64,000 nucleotides of DNA, from the NCBI RefSeq assembly GCF_018350175.1, contig NC_058368.1, forward strand, positions 131,752,001 to 131,816,000, written 5' to 3'. This DNA comes from Felis catus (Eukaryota). A program made the translations under genes and the position numbers. The notes beneath the pieces are model-generated. The model saw nothing but the letters and a program-made list of their open reading frames with translations. It was not told where the DNA came from and searched no databases. This document shows, piece after piece, positions 14,434 to 27,772 of the stretch; the stretch's first letter is position 1; each line of letters opens with the position of its first letter.

Positions 14434-15079
14434 TATAGCAATCATAAATTTTGATATATATGTTTAGAATGTATTCTAATAAAAATTTAGAACATATAAA
14501 TAGGATATATATGCATATATATGTACATATATATTTAGAATGAGACAGAAGTGCTCACTAACTTCTATTTAAAAAGAGAATGAAAACATTTACTTTAAAA
14601 AATCTTGGAAAATCCTCTGCTCAGATGCTCTATTTTAGCTGAATCCTGAAATGTATGGAGTACATGCTCTGCGACTTGATCAAATACGCTGTCACTAAAT
14701 GATTGCATTAGCTCTACTTTCATTCTCCTAGAGATCTCTCTCAGAGGGTGCCCTGCATCACAGAGCAAGAGGCCAACGTCCCTTTGCAGTTCTTTTTCTG
14801 AAGCACTGTTTGGAACTGTGTGGCAGAATAGACAGGTTGTTCGTTGAATTTAGTCCAATGGCTTAGATCCTGTTCCTCCACAGGCAAAATGAAGTATTGG
14901 ATTAGTGATCACCCAATAATCAGGTCATAAAATCATTTTTTTTGTCTCAAGTGCTTAGGTAATTTAAAGTAGAAGTCTTTAAGTTTGCCGGTGCATAAGA
15001 ATCACCTAGGGAGCTCCTGAAAACCCACAAACTCCAGACTCTGCATTTTAAAACAAATAGGTCCTCTTCCCAGCTAAGC

Positions 15080-15720
15080 CCTGGACTCCCCTGCTGTCTA
15101 CTCTCCACAGAGCAGCCAGAGTGAGCTTGTTAAAACCTAAGTCAGGTCATATCACTCCTCTGCTCAAAACCCTAATCACTTCCCATCTCTCTTGATACAA
15201 ACAGTTGTCTTAACTGTGACCGGCCAGGGCTTTGGTGGTGTCCCTCTCCACCCACATTTCACTTCTCCTGTGCACAGCCACATTGGCCTCTTTGCTATTG
15301 CTTGAAATTCCTCTGCCCCAGGGCCTTCGCATACAATGTCACCATTGTCCAGAAGGCTTTTCTTTTCCCTCAGATATCCATGGGACTTGCTCTTGCACTT
15401 TCTTTAAATCTTTACTACAAGTCACCTTTCTAGGGAGTTCTTCCCTGATCACCATATCTGCCTTCTTTTTTTTTTTTTTAATTTTTTTTTTCAACGCATA
15501 TCTGTCTTCTTAACTCCTCTTCAACCTTTCCAACTTCCTTCCTGCTTTGTCTTTCTCCTAAGCATTTAGCACTAATATACCATACATTTTAGTCTAACTT
15601 TTCTCCACTTCAACTGGAAAGTAAGTTCCAGGAAAGTAATAATTTTCACCTTATTTCCTCACTACTATAACCCTAGTGCCTACAACACTTAACACGTGTT
15701 TGTTGAATGAATTGACTGGA
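15080..15720 (+). mobile_element. L2 3' fragment
   Basis: CACAGAGCAGCCAGAGTGA..CACTCCTCTGCTCAAAACCC..TTTGTTGAATGAAT end. Confidence 0.75.
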
Positions 15721-15732
15721 GTGGAATGACAC

Positions 15733-15734
15733 TT

Positions 15735-15769
<35 letters not shown>

Positions 15770-15991
15770 TATTTTTAAAAAGTTTTTTTAAGGTTTATTT
15801 ATTTTTGAGAGAAAGTGACAAGGGTGTGAGCAGGAGAAGGGCAAAGAGAGAGGGAGACACAGAATCGAAACAGGCTCCAGGCTCTGAGCTGTCAGCACAG
15901 AGCCCGACAAGGAGGCTTAAACTCATGAGTGATGAGATCATGACCTGAGCTGAAGTTGGGCACTTAACAGACTGAGCCACCCAAGCGCCCC
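15733..15991 (-). mobile_element. CAN-SINE with (TAAA)n tail
   Basis: Reverse head at 15991; TSD-like GAATGACAC/GAATGGCAC. Confidence 0.92.
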
Positions 15992-18833
15992 GAATGGCAC
16001 CTTTATAGTAGGTGATGAAAGGAGCATCTTTATTGGCACCTTTAGAGTCATCAACATTTATTGAATGTCTGCTGTATGCAATGTATTGTGCTAAGTAGGA
16101 ATTGGTTCTTCTTCGTGATTTCTTTCAGGGACTGCTCCAAAATATTACTTCATGTTGGCTCTGAGAACCCAGCAACAGAATTAGTTGGCTTGTGGACTGA
16201 AGTCTTGTAGTCTTATTGCTGTTTAGCTAAGGAGATCCATTAATGCACTCCTCAGGTAGTTAGATGAAGTTGCTTTCTCACATCGAAATGTCCCCACTCT
16301 GCCCCTCTCAAAAACATCATGTTTATCACGCCAGCAAATTAATTCAGTACTCCTTTCCTGAGTGCTTGCTATTGACAAGGCAGGGTTTTATATGATCCCT
16401 GCCATCCTGCTGCTTTCAAAAGAGGGGATTTTTGGTCCCTTGGGTTGATTTTAACCAAATCAGACATAGAGGAGAGCCCAAAACAAACTAGGTAATCCAA
16501 ATGTCACTGAAATAGGGAGAGAAAATGGTTTCTATTTGAAAGGGACCCTTTAAAGTGATCATTTAAAAACACTGTGGTGCTGTTGTTAAATATGCAAGCT
16601 ATTCCAGTGATTCTCCCACCTAGGAATACATTACCATGTTCTAGCTATGAAAAAAACAAATCTTTATTCCATTTAAGGAATGCCTTAAAGTTTAGGAACA
16701 TAAGATATTTGCATAATAATCAAATCCGTAAACATTACATGGGAGGAAATCTGTTTCATTAGTTACCACTCTTCTCTTTCAAAACTATCTGTTGTTACGA
16801 GTCAATCTCCTATTATTTTAGGTTAGTTTTTATAATTGAGACTGTTTTCATTACAGGCAATTTGAATGACCTACAGGGAATAATGTTTTTGTGCACATTC
16901 TAAAACCGGCTCAGGGCACTGGACTTTTTTGTTTCTGTAAGTGACAATAATCTGAGTCTAAAAGAGTCTAATCTTAGGCTATTTCGTCAAGATTTTTCCT
17001 TGGTGTGTCTTTATTTTATTGGGTTTTATTCTTTTTAATGTATACAATGTAAGGCTTTATACCTCTTGAATTGATCCTGAAGAAAACAGGTCTGTGGTAG
17101 TGACTGTAGAGAATAATTGGGCTACCTCCAGGGCTCACTTTGTGCAGAGGTACTATTGCTAAGAAATTGATTGCCCTTTAAATTGTGTCCCATAATCATT
17201 TCCTTCTCTTTGTGTGTGTGTGTTTTGAGTTATGTGTGTTTCAGATGCCAGTGTTGAAGAGAATCCCGTTGCTTTTCAGGTGCACTGTAGGAGATGTACA
17301 GTTCTGAGAAGATGGCTGTGTGAAGGGCATCTTTCTGAGTAGACACGTTGAGGGCGAGGGCTCATTTCCTAAGATGGGAAAGAATTAATGGCTAATAGAG
17401 AAGCAATTAAAGGGGTGAATCTTCTAGATCCCTGCTTCTCAAACTTTTCCGCTGGAGAATCCTTAAAGGTAGAGTAGAGGGGAACGTGTACCTCCAGAAT
17501 TCCAGCGGCTGGCGTGGAAAGGCTTGCCTTAGGCCTGTGAGCTTGCAATTATTTTAAGTTCTCATATTTATTTTTAAAATTTATGGGATTTTCCAACTTG
17601 GCTGAATGCCACAGGTTGTTCTACTCTAATAATAACCCCTTCTTATTCTCATAGCTGAAGAAAATCGTTGCTTCAGAAAGAGTAAGCACATCCATCCTGC
17701 AGTTTGAGTTTCCACTGATACTCTTGGGTTGCGGAGGTGGGTGGAGGCCTGAGAAGAGAGGTCGTTGGAAGCAGAGTTTTGGATGGAAATTAAAAGGGCA
17801 GATGTTCGCAGAGTGGCTTGGCACATAAAAAATAATGTTTAGAGACAACAGACAGCTCCAAGGCTGTATCCGGTGGTCTCTTTTGTAAAGGCAGGCGATT
17901 TAATTGAAAAAGAGTGAGCAAATCATTAGTTAGGCACAGTGGTCTAGAAGAAAAACATAAATTACATATGGAATACTGAGAGGGCACATGTGAAGATCAT
18001 ATAATTGTTTTTTCTGCCTGTGAGAGAAATATGGCTCGGACTGGCTCAGAATGGTCTGCTATATTTCTTCTTCTTAGATGACTCACCTGGAAACAAAACC
18101 TTTCTTTCAGATCACTTTCATTGAAGGAAAACTAGAAAATATAGAGAAACACACAGTGTCTTCCATGATTCCATCACACAGAGATAAGCGTCACTAACAC
18201 CGTGTTGAGTATCTTTCAGGATTTTTTTGTACCCATCTATAGATCCACGTACATGACAAAATGGTGGAGAATGAGTCTTATGCTATTTGTTTTCACTGAA
18301 CAATAGTGACATCTTTGCCAATACATAAATACCTTTGCCATCAGTTTCAGTAGTTCCATTTTAAAATCCTGGTGGAGGGCTATGATTTTTTATTCTTTTA
18401 TTTTGATATAATTTCACACTTCCAGAAAAATCACAGGAAAAGTATAGAGAAGGTTGTATACCTTTCCTCGGATTTACTTAATGTTACTATTTTGCCTTAT
18501 TTTCTTTATCACTGATTTTCTCTGAATGCATATTTTCCGAGCCATTTGAGAATAATTTGCAGATATCATTCCTTTTAACCGTAAGCATTTCGTTAAGTAT
18601 TTCCTAAGAACAGGATTCTTTCTTATGTAGTGAGAGTATGTTTATCAAACTCAGGAAATGTAACATCAATACAGTAATATTATCTAATCTGCAACTCATA
18701 TTCAAGTTTTGCCAACATCCTTAATAGCTATGCTTTTCTTATCTAGGATCTATCTTGTAATTAGTTTCTTTAGCCTCCTTCAGTCTTCAACCATTGTCTT
18801 TCATGATCTTGACATTTTTGAAAGCAAAAGCCA

Positions 18834-19054
18834 GGGCATCTGGGTGGCTCAGTCGGTTGAGCGTCTGACTTCAGCTCAGGTCATGATCTCACAATTCATG
18901 GGTTTGAGCCCTGCATGGGGCTCTGTGCTGTCAGCTGAGCCTGGAGTCTGCTTCGGATTCTCTGTGTGTCTCTCTCTGCCCCTCCCCTGCACGCACTCTC
19001 TCTCTCTCTCTCTCTCTCGAAAATAAACATTAAAAAAAGAAAAGAAAAGAAAAA
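18834..19054 (+). mobile_element. CAN-SINE
   Basis: Full body; TSD AAAAGCCAG. Confidence 0.92.
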
Positions 19055-19898
19055 GCCAGTTATCCTGTACACTACCTTTCAATTTATCTGGTATTTTCTC
19101 ATGATTGGAGAGAGATAATACATTTCAACAGGAATACCACAGAAGTCATATTCCCAGGGCGTCATATCAGGGCATCACATAACATTCGTTTGTCCCATTA
19201 TGAGTGATGCTAACTTTGATTCATTGGTTAAGGTTGTATTTGCTGGATTAATACATTATAAAGTCACTATTTTTCCCTTTTAATTACTAAGTACTTTGTG
19301 GGGAGGTACCTAGAGACTGAAAATGTTCTGTTCTTCCTCAAACTTTTATCCACTCATAGATGGTTCTTGACTGAATTTTTTCATTCAAAATTTCAAAATA
19401 ATTTCAGATTATTACAATAATTGCAAAATGGTGATTTTCTGACCCCATCATTCTTATTCCTTTGACATTGGTTAGTTGTTATTCTCCTGCAAGGAAGAAC
19501 TCTCCCTCCTCCCCTATTTATTTACCCATTCATGTAATTGTTAAGATCAGTATGGACTCAAATCCTTTATTTTAAAATATTCTATTACTGTCATTAGTTA
19601 CTCTGATCCTTACATTGTCTCAGATTTGGCCTCCAGGAGCCCCTTTAAATTGGGTCCTTTGTCCTTTTGAAATGTATCCATAATTTTTTGAGCACTTTTT
19701 TGCCTTCTGTCACAAAATGTTCCAGGGCAGCCTGTACTCCTGTTCCAGCCCTGGAATCTTTTATTTCTCCAAAAAAGCCTGATTCATTTTGTTAGGAACA
19801 GTATTTAGAAACCAAAATCTGAGTGTATCATACTTCATTATTGACTTTGAACTAGCTTCCATTTTTTTTCATTACACACATAAATTGAACATCCAAGT

Positions 19899-20112
19899 GT
19901 TTTCTTTTTCTTTTTCTTTTTTTTTAAATGTTTATTTATTTTTGATAGCACATGGGGGGAGGAGGAGAGAGAGGGAGACACAGAATCTGAAGCAGGCTCC
20001 AGGCTCTGAGCTGTCAGCACAGAGCCCAATGCAGGGCTCGAACACACAGACCATGAGATCATGACCTGAGCCGAAGTCGGTCGCCCAATGGACTAAGACA
20101 CCCAGGTGCCCC
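19899..20112 (-). mobile_element. CAN-SINE
   Basis: Reverse body with T-rich tail. Confidence 0.92.
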
Positions 20113-20334
20113 TAAGTATTTTCTTAGCATAAATCCTTGAGAGTGGGGTTGCTGACCAAAGGCTGGACACATATTGAAAGCTGTGGATACAAGTTCCTAA
20201 CTGCTGTACAGAAAAGTACTATTTCATGTGTATTATTATTTCAAAAGATACACATTTTACTAATTTCATTGAAAAAATAATACAATGTTTTTATCTAATT
20301 AGGAGTGAGAATGGACATTTTAGTGTTTGACATT

Positions 20335-20452
20335 CTTTCTTTTTTTAAAAGGGTTTTTAAAGTAATCTCTACACCTTCAGTGTGGGGCTTGAACTCATGA
20401 CCTTGAGACCAAGAGTCACATGGCTTTTCTGATGGAGCCAGCCAGGTGCCCC
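20335..20452 (-). mobile_element. Short (older-type) CAN-SINE
   Basis: GTAATCTCTACACC..GGGGCTTGAACTC..GAGCCAGCCAGGTGCCCC. Confidence 0.85.
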
Positions 20453-20687
20453 TGTCATTTCTTTTGTGGCATATTGTTGCTCATAAGCATGTTTTCCATG
20501 GGAATGTACATTTTTCACTGCTTTATAAGAACTTTACACACAGTAACTAAACTCTTTTACAAATACATTACAAATGTTTTCACAGTTGTTTCCCTTGTAA
20601 TTTTGTGTGTGACAAGTTTTCATTTATAGAAGTTTTTCCTTTTGTAATGTCTCCCTTTAGTTTCATACTTACAAAGTTCTCACCTCT

Positions 20688-20817
20688 GGGGACACCTGGC
20701 AGGCTCAGTCAGTACAGCATTGTACTCTTGTTCTTAGGGTTGTGAGTTTGAGCCCCATGTTGGGTATAGAGATTACTTGCAAAATAATAACATTTTTAAA
20801 AATCTAAAAAAAAATAA
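20688..20817 (+). mobile_element. Short (older-type) CAN-SINE
   Basis: GGGGACACCTGGCAGGCTCAGTC..GGGTATAGAGATTACTT; TSD-like TTCTCACC. Confidence 0.85.
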
Positions 20818-21042
20818 ACTTCTCACCGCCACTATAAGATATAAAGATATGCAACTGTATTTTCTTCTAATACATTTATTCATTTGTTTCTACATTTAAA
20901 TTTTTAATAATCCTGGAATTTTAGTTTTGGTGTAAAGTATGAGGTAAGTATCTGCCTTTTTATTTTGCAAATAATGAGCCAATTGTCCAAATGTTTATTG
21001 GATAATCCATCTTTCTCTTGCCAATTTGAAATGTCATAAACT

Positions 21043-21236
21043 GGGGGTACTGGGTGACTCACTTGGTTGAGCAGCTGACTTGATTTTGGCTCAGGTCACC
21101 ATCTTGCAGTTCGTGGGATCAAGTCCCATGTGAGGCTCTGCGATGACAGCATGGAGCCTGTTTGTGATTCTCTCTCTCCCTCTCTCTCTCTGTCCCTCCC
21201 CAACTCTTTCTAAATAAATAAACTTAAAAAATAAAA
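21043..21236 (+). mobile_element. CAN-SINE
   Basis: Full body; TSD AAATGTCATAA. Confidence 0.9.
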
Positions 21237-21462
21237 TGTCATAAGCTGAATTCTTATATATACTGTGATCTGTTTTTAGACTTTCTGCTCTGTTAAATTT
21301 ATCAATCTGGTTATTCTTAAGCTAATGATACACCTTAAAAGTTATTGTAATGATACAGTTTTATTTTAATATCTGACCAAGCAAGCCTTTCTCCTCCCTC
21401 CCAACATGCTTCTTCATCAAAGTTTCTTGGCTACTCTGGTAATGTTGAATCACACTGCTAAA

Positions 21463-21686
21463 TTTTTTTTAAGTTTATTTATTTTGAGAGAGAGAGAGAG
21501 AAAGAGAATGGGAGAGGGACCGAGAGGGAGAGAGACAGAGAGAGAGAGAGAGAGAATTCCAAGCAGGCTCCAAGCTGTCAGTGCAGAGCCCAACTCTGGG
21601 ACTTGAACTCACAAACTGTGACATCATAACCTGAGCAGAAACCAAGAGTCAGATGCTTAACCAACTGAGCCACCCAGGTGCACCCC
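21463..21686 (-). mobile_element. CAN-SINE
   Basis: Reverse body with (GA)n tract. Confidence 0.9.
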
Positions 21687-21736
21687 AACATTGTCAAACT
21701 TTTAAAAATCAAGTGGTATTTTGAGGGATGTTGTAA

Positions 21737-21951
21737 TTTTTTTTAAGTTTATTTATTTTTGAGAGAGAGAGAAAGAGAGCATGTTAGGAGCAGGGGGAGG
21801 GGCAGAGAGAGAGGGAGAGAGAGAATCCCAAGGAGGCTCTGTGCTGTCAGCACAGAGCCCAACATGGGGCTCGGTTCCATGAACCGTGAGATTATGACCT
21901 GAGCTGAAATCAAGAGTTAGACACTCAACTGACTGAACCACCCAGATGCCC
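21737..21951 (-). mobile_element. CAN-SINE
   Basis: Reverse body. Confidence 0.9.
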
Positions 21952-22576
21952 TTGTACTAAATTTATAGATAACTTTGGGAGCTATTTTTCTTTGTAGTCT
22001 TAACTCCCCTTCAACAAAATTCTGCTCAAAACTCTTATTAATTAGGATACCAAATTATTTTGTAACACCATTCTTTGTTTCAGAAAGGCTTTCAGAACTC
22101 ATTGAGATTTTAGTAGAAGATGGGCTAATTTGAACTCAATGGCAGAAAAAGATGCCGTGTCTCCTAAAGGGACCTTTCTACTTAAAATAATAAGCCTGTA
22201 ATGTCCTATGACTGCTTTTGTTCCTAGAATGTAGAAAACCACATTCCTCAGCACAGCTACTGCCACATTTAGCATTTGTGGGTCCTCCCCAGGGCTCAAG
22301 GTTAGGCAATCTTGACTAATGTTGGAACCAATAAACAAAATAGAAGCCAGTCATTCATGAAAATTTCATTTAACGGATTTTAAATATCAGCTAAATTTAT
22401 TTGTGAGTTATGTTAGTCATCAATGGTTGGCAAAATTTAATAATGCAGAAAAGAAAAAGAGGGGGGAAAGGTCCATTGTGGAAAAAAAAATAGGACAGGA
22501 AAAAACATTTCTGGATAGAACTGCCTTCACTCATTGATGGAGGGGCAAAGCAAAAGGGCAAGTCTGAGATTCTAGC

Positions 22577-22790
22577 TTTCTTTTTTTAATGTTTATTTAC
22601 TTATCTGAGAGAGAGAGAGCGAGCAAGCAGGGGAAGGGCAGAGAGAGCAGGAGAAAGAGAATCTCAAGTAGAGTCCACCCTGTCAGCGCAGACTCCAATG
22701 TGGGGCTCGAACTCACGAACCGTGAGGTCATGACCTGGGTCGAAACCAAGAGTCAGATGCTTAACCGACTGAACCACCCAGATGCCCAGG
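22577..22790 (-). mobile_element. CAN-SINE
   Basis: Reverse body; TSD-like AGATTCTAGCTTT/AGATTCTAACTTT. Confidence 0.9.
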
Positions 22791-23490
22791 TGTAAAAGAT
22801 TCTAACTTTTACAGTGCATATTTAACTGTATTTGCTGGAGATACCGATTCATCCTTGAGGAGAAGCAGGGCATTGGTGGCAGGAAAGGACAATCGATCAG
22901 GAGGTCACTAGGCAAGTTTTGCCCACCTCACCATTAACTTCAGATTCAGCCCTATGCTTCAGATTCGGTCAGAAGGGAAAACATCCTCTTGCAAATCAAA
23001 AACACTCAGGGTGCAGATTTAAGGCTGCATGTTTTCACTAGGAGGAGCCGTGGGATGAGTGGGATGTGTAGATTTTCCACTTAGTAATAAAGTGAGCCGC
23101 TAATTAGGAACTAGAAGGACTGAGAACAGCGACACAGGAGCTAGGGGGCCGTAGGCAGATAGCTGCAGAAAAACTTAATTAGGATTCTACCAGAGAGCCA
23201 AGGGATGAAGACCTGAGGGGGTCCCCAGCATTCTTTTGATATTTTGAAATGGCAGGCAAGGGCAGAGTTCATAGAAGAGTTGCAAGATAAATGGATTCCT
23301 GAGGAATGAATCTGAAAATGAATGCACAATTTAACTGTTACCAGAAGAAATAGATTGGCGTAGTTTCTGATGAGGGTACGTGGAAAGATTGATGAATTGG
23401 ATATGAATTTTGGTAAAGGTCAAAGCTTTAATTTAAATGCTAGTCTGAGAAGTAGAGCCTTAAAGGAAGGTTAGGATTTACATGGGATGA

Positions 23491-23491
<1 letters not shown>

Positions 23492-23526
<35 letters not shown>

Positions 23527-23528
23527 AC
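23492..23528. repeat. (CA)n microsatellite
   Basis: Seen directly. Confidence 0.95.
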
Positions 23529-25439
23529 TAATTAAAATGGGACACGAACAGCAGGAAGGACAACTAATGTCAACCCACGAAAGAACAGACATGTTGGAGC
23601 TTCACAGTCTGCACTCAGTAAAGAAAAGGAGGAATTAAATAAGAAAAACCTTTTATCTGTAACAAATCCCTCAATTTGTAAGCTCAATGGATTTACAGAT
23701 TACTTATTGAAAATCGAATCCATGTTGTAACCCTGGGACAGAAAAAAAGGTAGCTGATTTTATCCCTACTTTGTTGGTTCAGAAATTAGCCTCTATTTAT
23801 CAAAGCAAAACTAGGAAAAGGAGGTTGCCGAGGATTTCCCACATTCTCCTCTAAAACGATTCCAAAGAGATGTAACTAGCTGGATTCTGTTATCACTGCA
23901 GCTACTCACTGCAGTTGTTTTTCTCTGTGTCTAGTTATTCTAACTTACTGGAACGACACACATTGAAAGCATCTTTGGGGGAAGAGAGTGAACATCAGGG
24001 TTAACTTGGGTATCAAAGTTCCTGCTTCAAAGAATATTGGTATGGTGTTTGTAATAAACCTTTTGTTTGTGAAGCAAATTGCTTCTGTGAGGGTAAGTGC
24101 CTTGCCTTAAGACGCCAATCTAAGAAACAGTCTTTGTACCTACACTGCTTAGGAGGATCCAGAAGCTGAGGAAATAAGGAGTCAGGGCTGGAGAATGGGT
24201 ACCTTTACAAGTCCTAGATGAAGAAAAATCTGTAACACCGGAATTTATTTTGCAAGCCATTAAATCTCCGAGGGGAGTAGACAGGTTAGATAAACTTTTT
24301 CAATGGTGGCCAGAAGATACATAATGGAAACTAGAGCTGTCGGAACGGAGATGACTTACAGAGAACCCCAGACAAAGGGGTTCTTAGATAGAACCCTTAA
24401 GTTAGGAAATAACTGTGAACTTATTTCCCCTAAAAAAAAGACAAAAACAAAAACTGTGTGATAAGGTAGATAAAAACACCTTGAAAATCTTTCTGAAATA
24501 TTATTAATAGAAGTATGTAAAAAGCCTAGGAAACGTGAAGGACTGGAGTTAAGCGACATTCACTTCACACTTCCAGCAACTCCAATAAAATATTACAATT
24601 TTAGATTACATTTAAAGAAATGCCTACGTAAGGTACAGAAGCCACCCAGGTAATATGAAGCTAATTTACGTCTTACGTCCTTGATCTTTTATCTTTACCT
24701 GGGAGAATCCTGAAGATTCAAATAGGACCACGCAAATGAAAAATGAAACTACAAATATTCTGTTTTTCAAATGTTATATGAGGAAAAGTTTCAACACCCC
24801 CCTTAGAGAATAAATTCCATTACTTAAGTACTTAGTAGTTAAATTTTCATCTAGTATTTTTTGAAGCCCCACTTTGCAAGTAATAGTCAAGTCAAATTTA
24901 TCGGTTTCTTAGATTTTCAAGCAACCTTCCCTGCTCATTTAACAGCTTCGATTCCTGATTGGGCACAGAGCTCCTTACCAGGCTAGAAAATGTTGCGCCT
25001 ACAACAAATCAACTTAAAAATCAAATCATATGGCCGAAACATTACGACTGAATGTTTAGAAGTAGAACATTAATTTATTTTACCACCCAAAAGCTTCAGA
25101 AGTAATGACATAAAGCCATCTATTGATCAATTTTAGGCCCTGTACTTTAAACTTCCGGTACTTTTAATATTAGCTGAGAGGACAATATCATCCACGTTTC
25201 AGTTCTAGGGGCATGATCTGGGAGCTGGAGTGAGACATCATTCTTCACAACTTGTAAATAATACTGCCCTATAAGTGGTGAACTCTGCAATCAACCTATA
25301 TGGGGGATATTTGGATGGGGCCTGGAAGGCAGTCTATACAATTACTTATAAATAGGAAGAGCCAGGCTGAAAACTGAGGCTTAGACTTCACGTTAAGTGG
25401 TGAAAAGTAGAGGAAGTGGCTGTTTCTAAGAGTGGAACC

Positions 25440-25740
25440 TTTTGGCCAGTGGGTCCTGCTTCCTCTTAGGGAAGTTTAGAGCAGATTTTTCCAAATGAGA
25501 CTAATTAGGGAGGGAGACAGTGATAGGTACCCATAAGCTGAGCCCTGAGGCACACCTAAGAGACCTGGGAGAAGAAAAGGGACCAACAAAAGGCCGAGAA
25601 GGAGCAATACAGACAGAGGAGGTGAGTCCAGGGTGGTATCCTGGAGGCCAAGGAAAGAAAATGCTGCTGGCCGGTCAGATAAGATGTGGACTATGAACTG
25701 GGCTGGGGATTCAGCAACAGGAGGGCATTAGTGACATCTG
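25440..25740 (-). mobile_element. L2 fragment
   Basis: GAGCCCTGAGGCACACC..GGAGGCCAAGGAAAGAAAATG..GGATTCAGCAACAGGAGG resembles antisense L2. Confidence 0.55.
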
Positions 25741-26386
25741 GGATTTATCTACTACTTCTACATATTCATACATTATTTAAATTTGCACATTTTGGTTAAC
25801 TATATGATACAGCTACTTTTCTAACAATCATTTTTGGAAAATAATCCATTTCTTTGCTATCAGCTTCAGTTTTTGTGATGATCAGAGGTCTATATTCCTC
25901 TACCCTTGTACATTTTGGATTGATATTGACACAAAATGAGTGAATGAGATTGTGGCACAAATGTGTTCTTTTTAAAGATTACATCTAAATTGATTATGAT
26001 AGCAAAGCCTTAAGAGTGGTGCAAATTATTATGATTAGCTTTAGTACAGTTTTGTTCACTTTATGCAGAGGGATAGTCACACTTTTATTAAGCAACCCAG
26101 AAATTGTTGCCTTCTTCTCAAATGTGTAATTTCCTCCATGGAAACACAGAGGAAGAAAGATAAGCGCGGAAATGAAATTCTTCTTTCACTGAATATTTCC
26201 CTAATTTGACTTTCAGAAGGAAATGCTCAGAAGCAGCTTTGAAATGATTCGGTTCTCACCCATCCACCTAGTGTTTTCAAGACATAGCTTCAATATTGCT
26301 ACAAAATGTATTTTCCAAGCACACATTTTAAAAAGCCAAATTTTATGTCATAATTCCAAGTAATTATTTCATTTTGTGTTGTGCAG

Positions 26387-26523
26387 GCAACCCAAACAGG
26401 AAAGCCAATGCCCCCAATTCAAATGCAGCATCAAATTCGACAATGGAAACATCCTATGAAGCTGATGACATGAATCAAGAGCCACCGATGGAGACGACAC
26501 AAATCAGCACTGTGTATTATTAA
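26387..26523 (+). CDS. SHISAL2B: SHISAL2B coding exon 3 (last), cytoplasmic tail
   Basis: Acceptor TTTTGTGTTGTGCAG|GC. Reads (G)NPNRKANAPNSNAASNSTMETSYEADDMNQEPPMETTQISTVYY then TAA at 26521-26523. Joined CDS 191+158+137=486 nt, 161 aa. Confidence 0.93.
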
Positions 26524-26562
26524 AAAGCCTGTGCTGTAAAAGCTCACTGGAGGGACAGAGCA

Positions 26563-26574
26563 AATAAAAATAAA
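26563..26574 (+). terminator. Tandem AATAAA poly(A) signals, proximal SHISAL2B 3' end
   Basis: AATAAAAATAAA about 40 nt after the stop codon. Confidence 0.6.
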
Positions 26575-26666
26575 GAATGCATTTCAAATACAGTTCGTAA
26601 TAATACTTCTCAAAAAGTCATCATGCACAAAGCAAGACGCAGCTGCGCTTTTGATTTTTCAGTTAA

Positions 26667-26675
26667 TTTATTAAA
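26667..26675. terminator. Overlapping poly(A) signals TTTATTAAA (AATAAA on -, ATTAAA on +)
   Basis: TTTATT at 26667-26672 overlaps ATTAAA at 26670-26675, between the convergent genes. Confidence 0.5.
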
Positions 26676-27578
26676 AACCCACTAAGGTTTCTGATCATGT
26701 GCAGAGAAGTTTACTTTTATTTGCTAATTAAGATGTTCCTGCAGTACATGAAATTATGCTAACACTTCTGGAGAAATTAAGGAACTTAAGATAACAAAGA
26801 CAAGCAAACCTATGCCAGTGTGGAACAATGGGAAATTTATGTCACATTAGCAACATTACACAAGTCTTTGGATACTTAGCGGCAGTTCGTTTCATGAGAC
26901 GGTACTGGATACGTAAATCTCGGAGGGAATGGTCTTGTAAAATAGAGGTGGCATGTTTTTAAGTCTCTTAGACATGAACCCCTTGCCTTTTTCAGAGGGT
27001 TTGTGGGGCGCACAATGAATGTATTGCTTTTATAAAATCTAACATTCGAGAACAGAGTATGTCACAATATATGATCTTAATAATAAATATTTTCAGCTTA
27101 CCAAGGGATAACTGTAACACGAATCCTTCACTGATAGAGTTCCTAAGGAACTTCTATAATGAAAGTTATCAAACACACAAGTCCTCTGGTTCCACCTGAG
27201 CTAGTGCAATAATACCACATAGACATCTAGAAATAAAACTACAGTTTCTGCAAATTACAATTGTCTTAAAAGATTTTTTTACGCATAAGTATGATTTCTA
27301 TTGTAAGAACACAGGCCTGGGTGTCTGAAGGAATGCACTAAGAAAAAAGGATTAATTTGCAGCTGGCTCTGCTGAACACATGTACTGTGCGGTGTAAAGT
27401 TATGGAGTTGGAAGACTAGCCTTTCTCAGTGTGTCAGACACAGCTTCTCTGGTCTGAGAGGGGGAAAAAAAAAAAAAAGCAAAGCCCTATTGCACTTGGG
27501 CATGCAAGGCTAAGGGTTAGAAACTTGGGACAATTAGGCTGTCAAAAGTTTTACCAAGAACTGGGGATATCTTCTGGA

Positions 27579-27772
27579 CCAGCACTGTGCAGCAGAAGTT
27601 TCTGTGATGATGGAAATGTTCTTCTGTGTCTGCCCTGCTCATAGTAGCCACCAGTCACCTGTGGCAACTGGGCACGTAAGATGTCTCTAGAGCAAATGAA
27701 GGATACCTTTTATTTTATTTAATTAATCCAAATTTAAATAGCTACATGGGGCTATACTGAGAACATAGTTCC
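27579..27772. mobile_element. MER3-like hAT-Charlie MITE
   Basis: CAGCACTGTGCAGCAGAAGTTTCTGTGATGATGGAAATGTTC..TAGCCACCAGTCACCTGTGGC..AAATAGCTACATG. Confidence 0.75.

Larger units (their letters stand above)
18390..21990 (-). mobile_element. Ancient L1M fragments interrupted by seven CAN-SINEs
   Basis: Antisense L1M 3'UTR-like and ORF2-like text (e.g. TTTGGTGTAAAGTATGAGGTAAG..GGATAATCCATCTTTCTC) between the SINEs. Confidence 0.6.
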
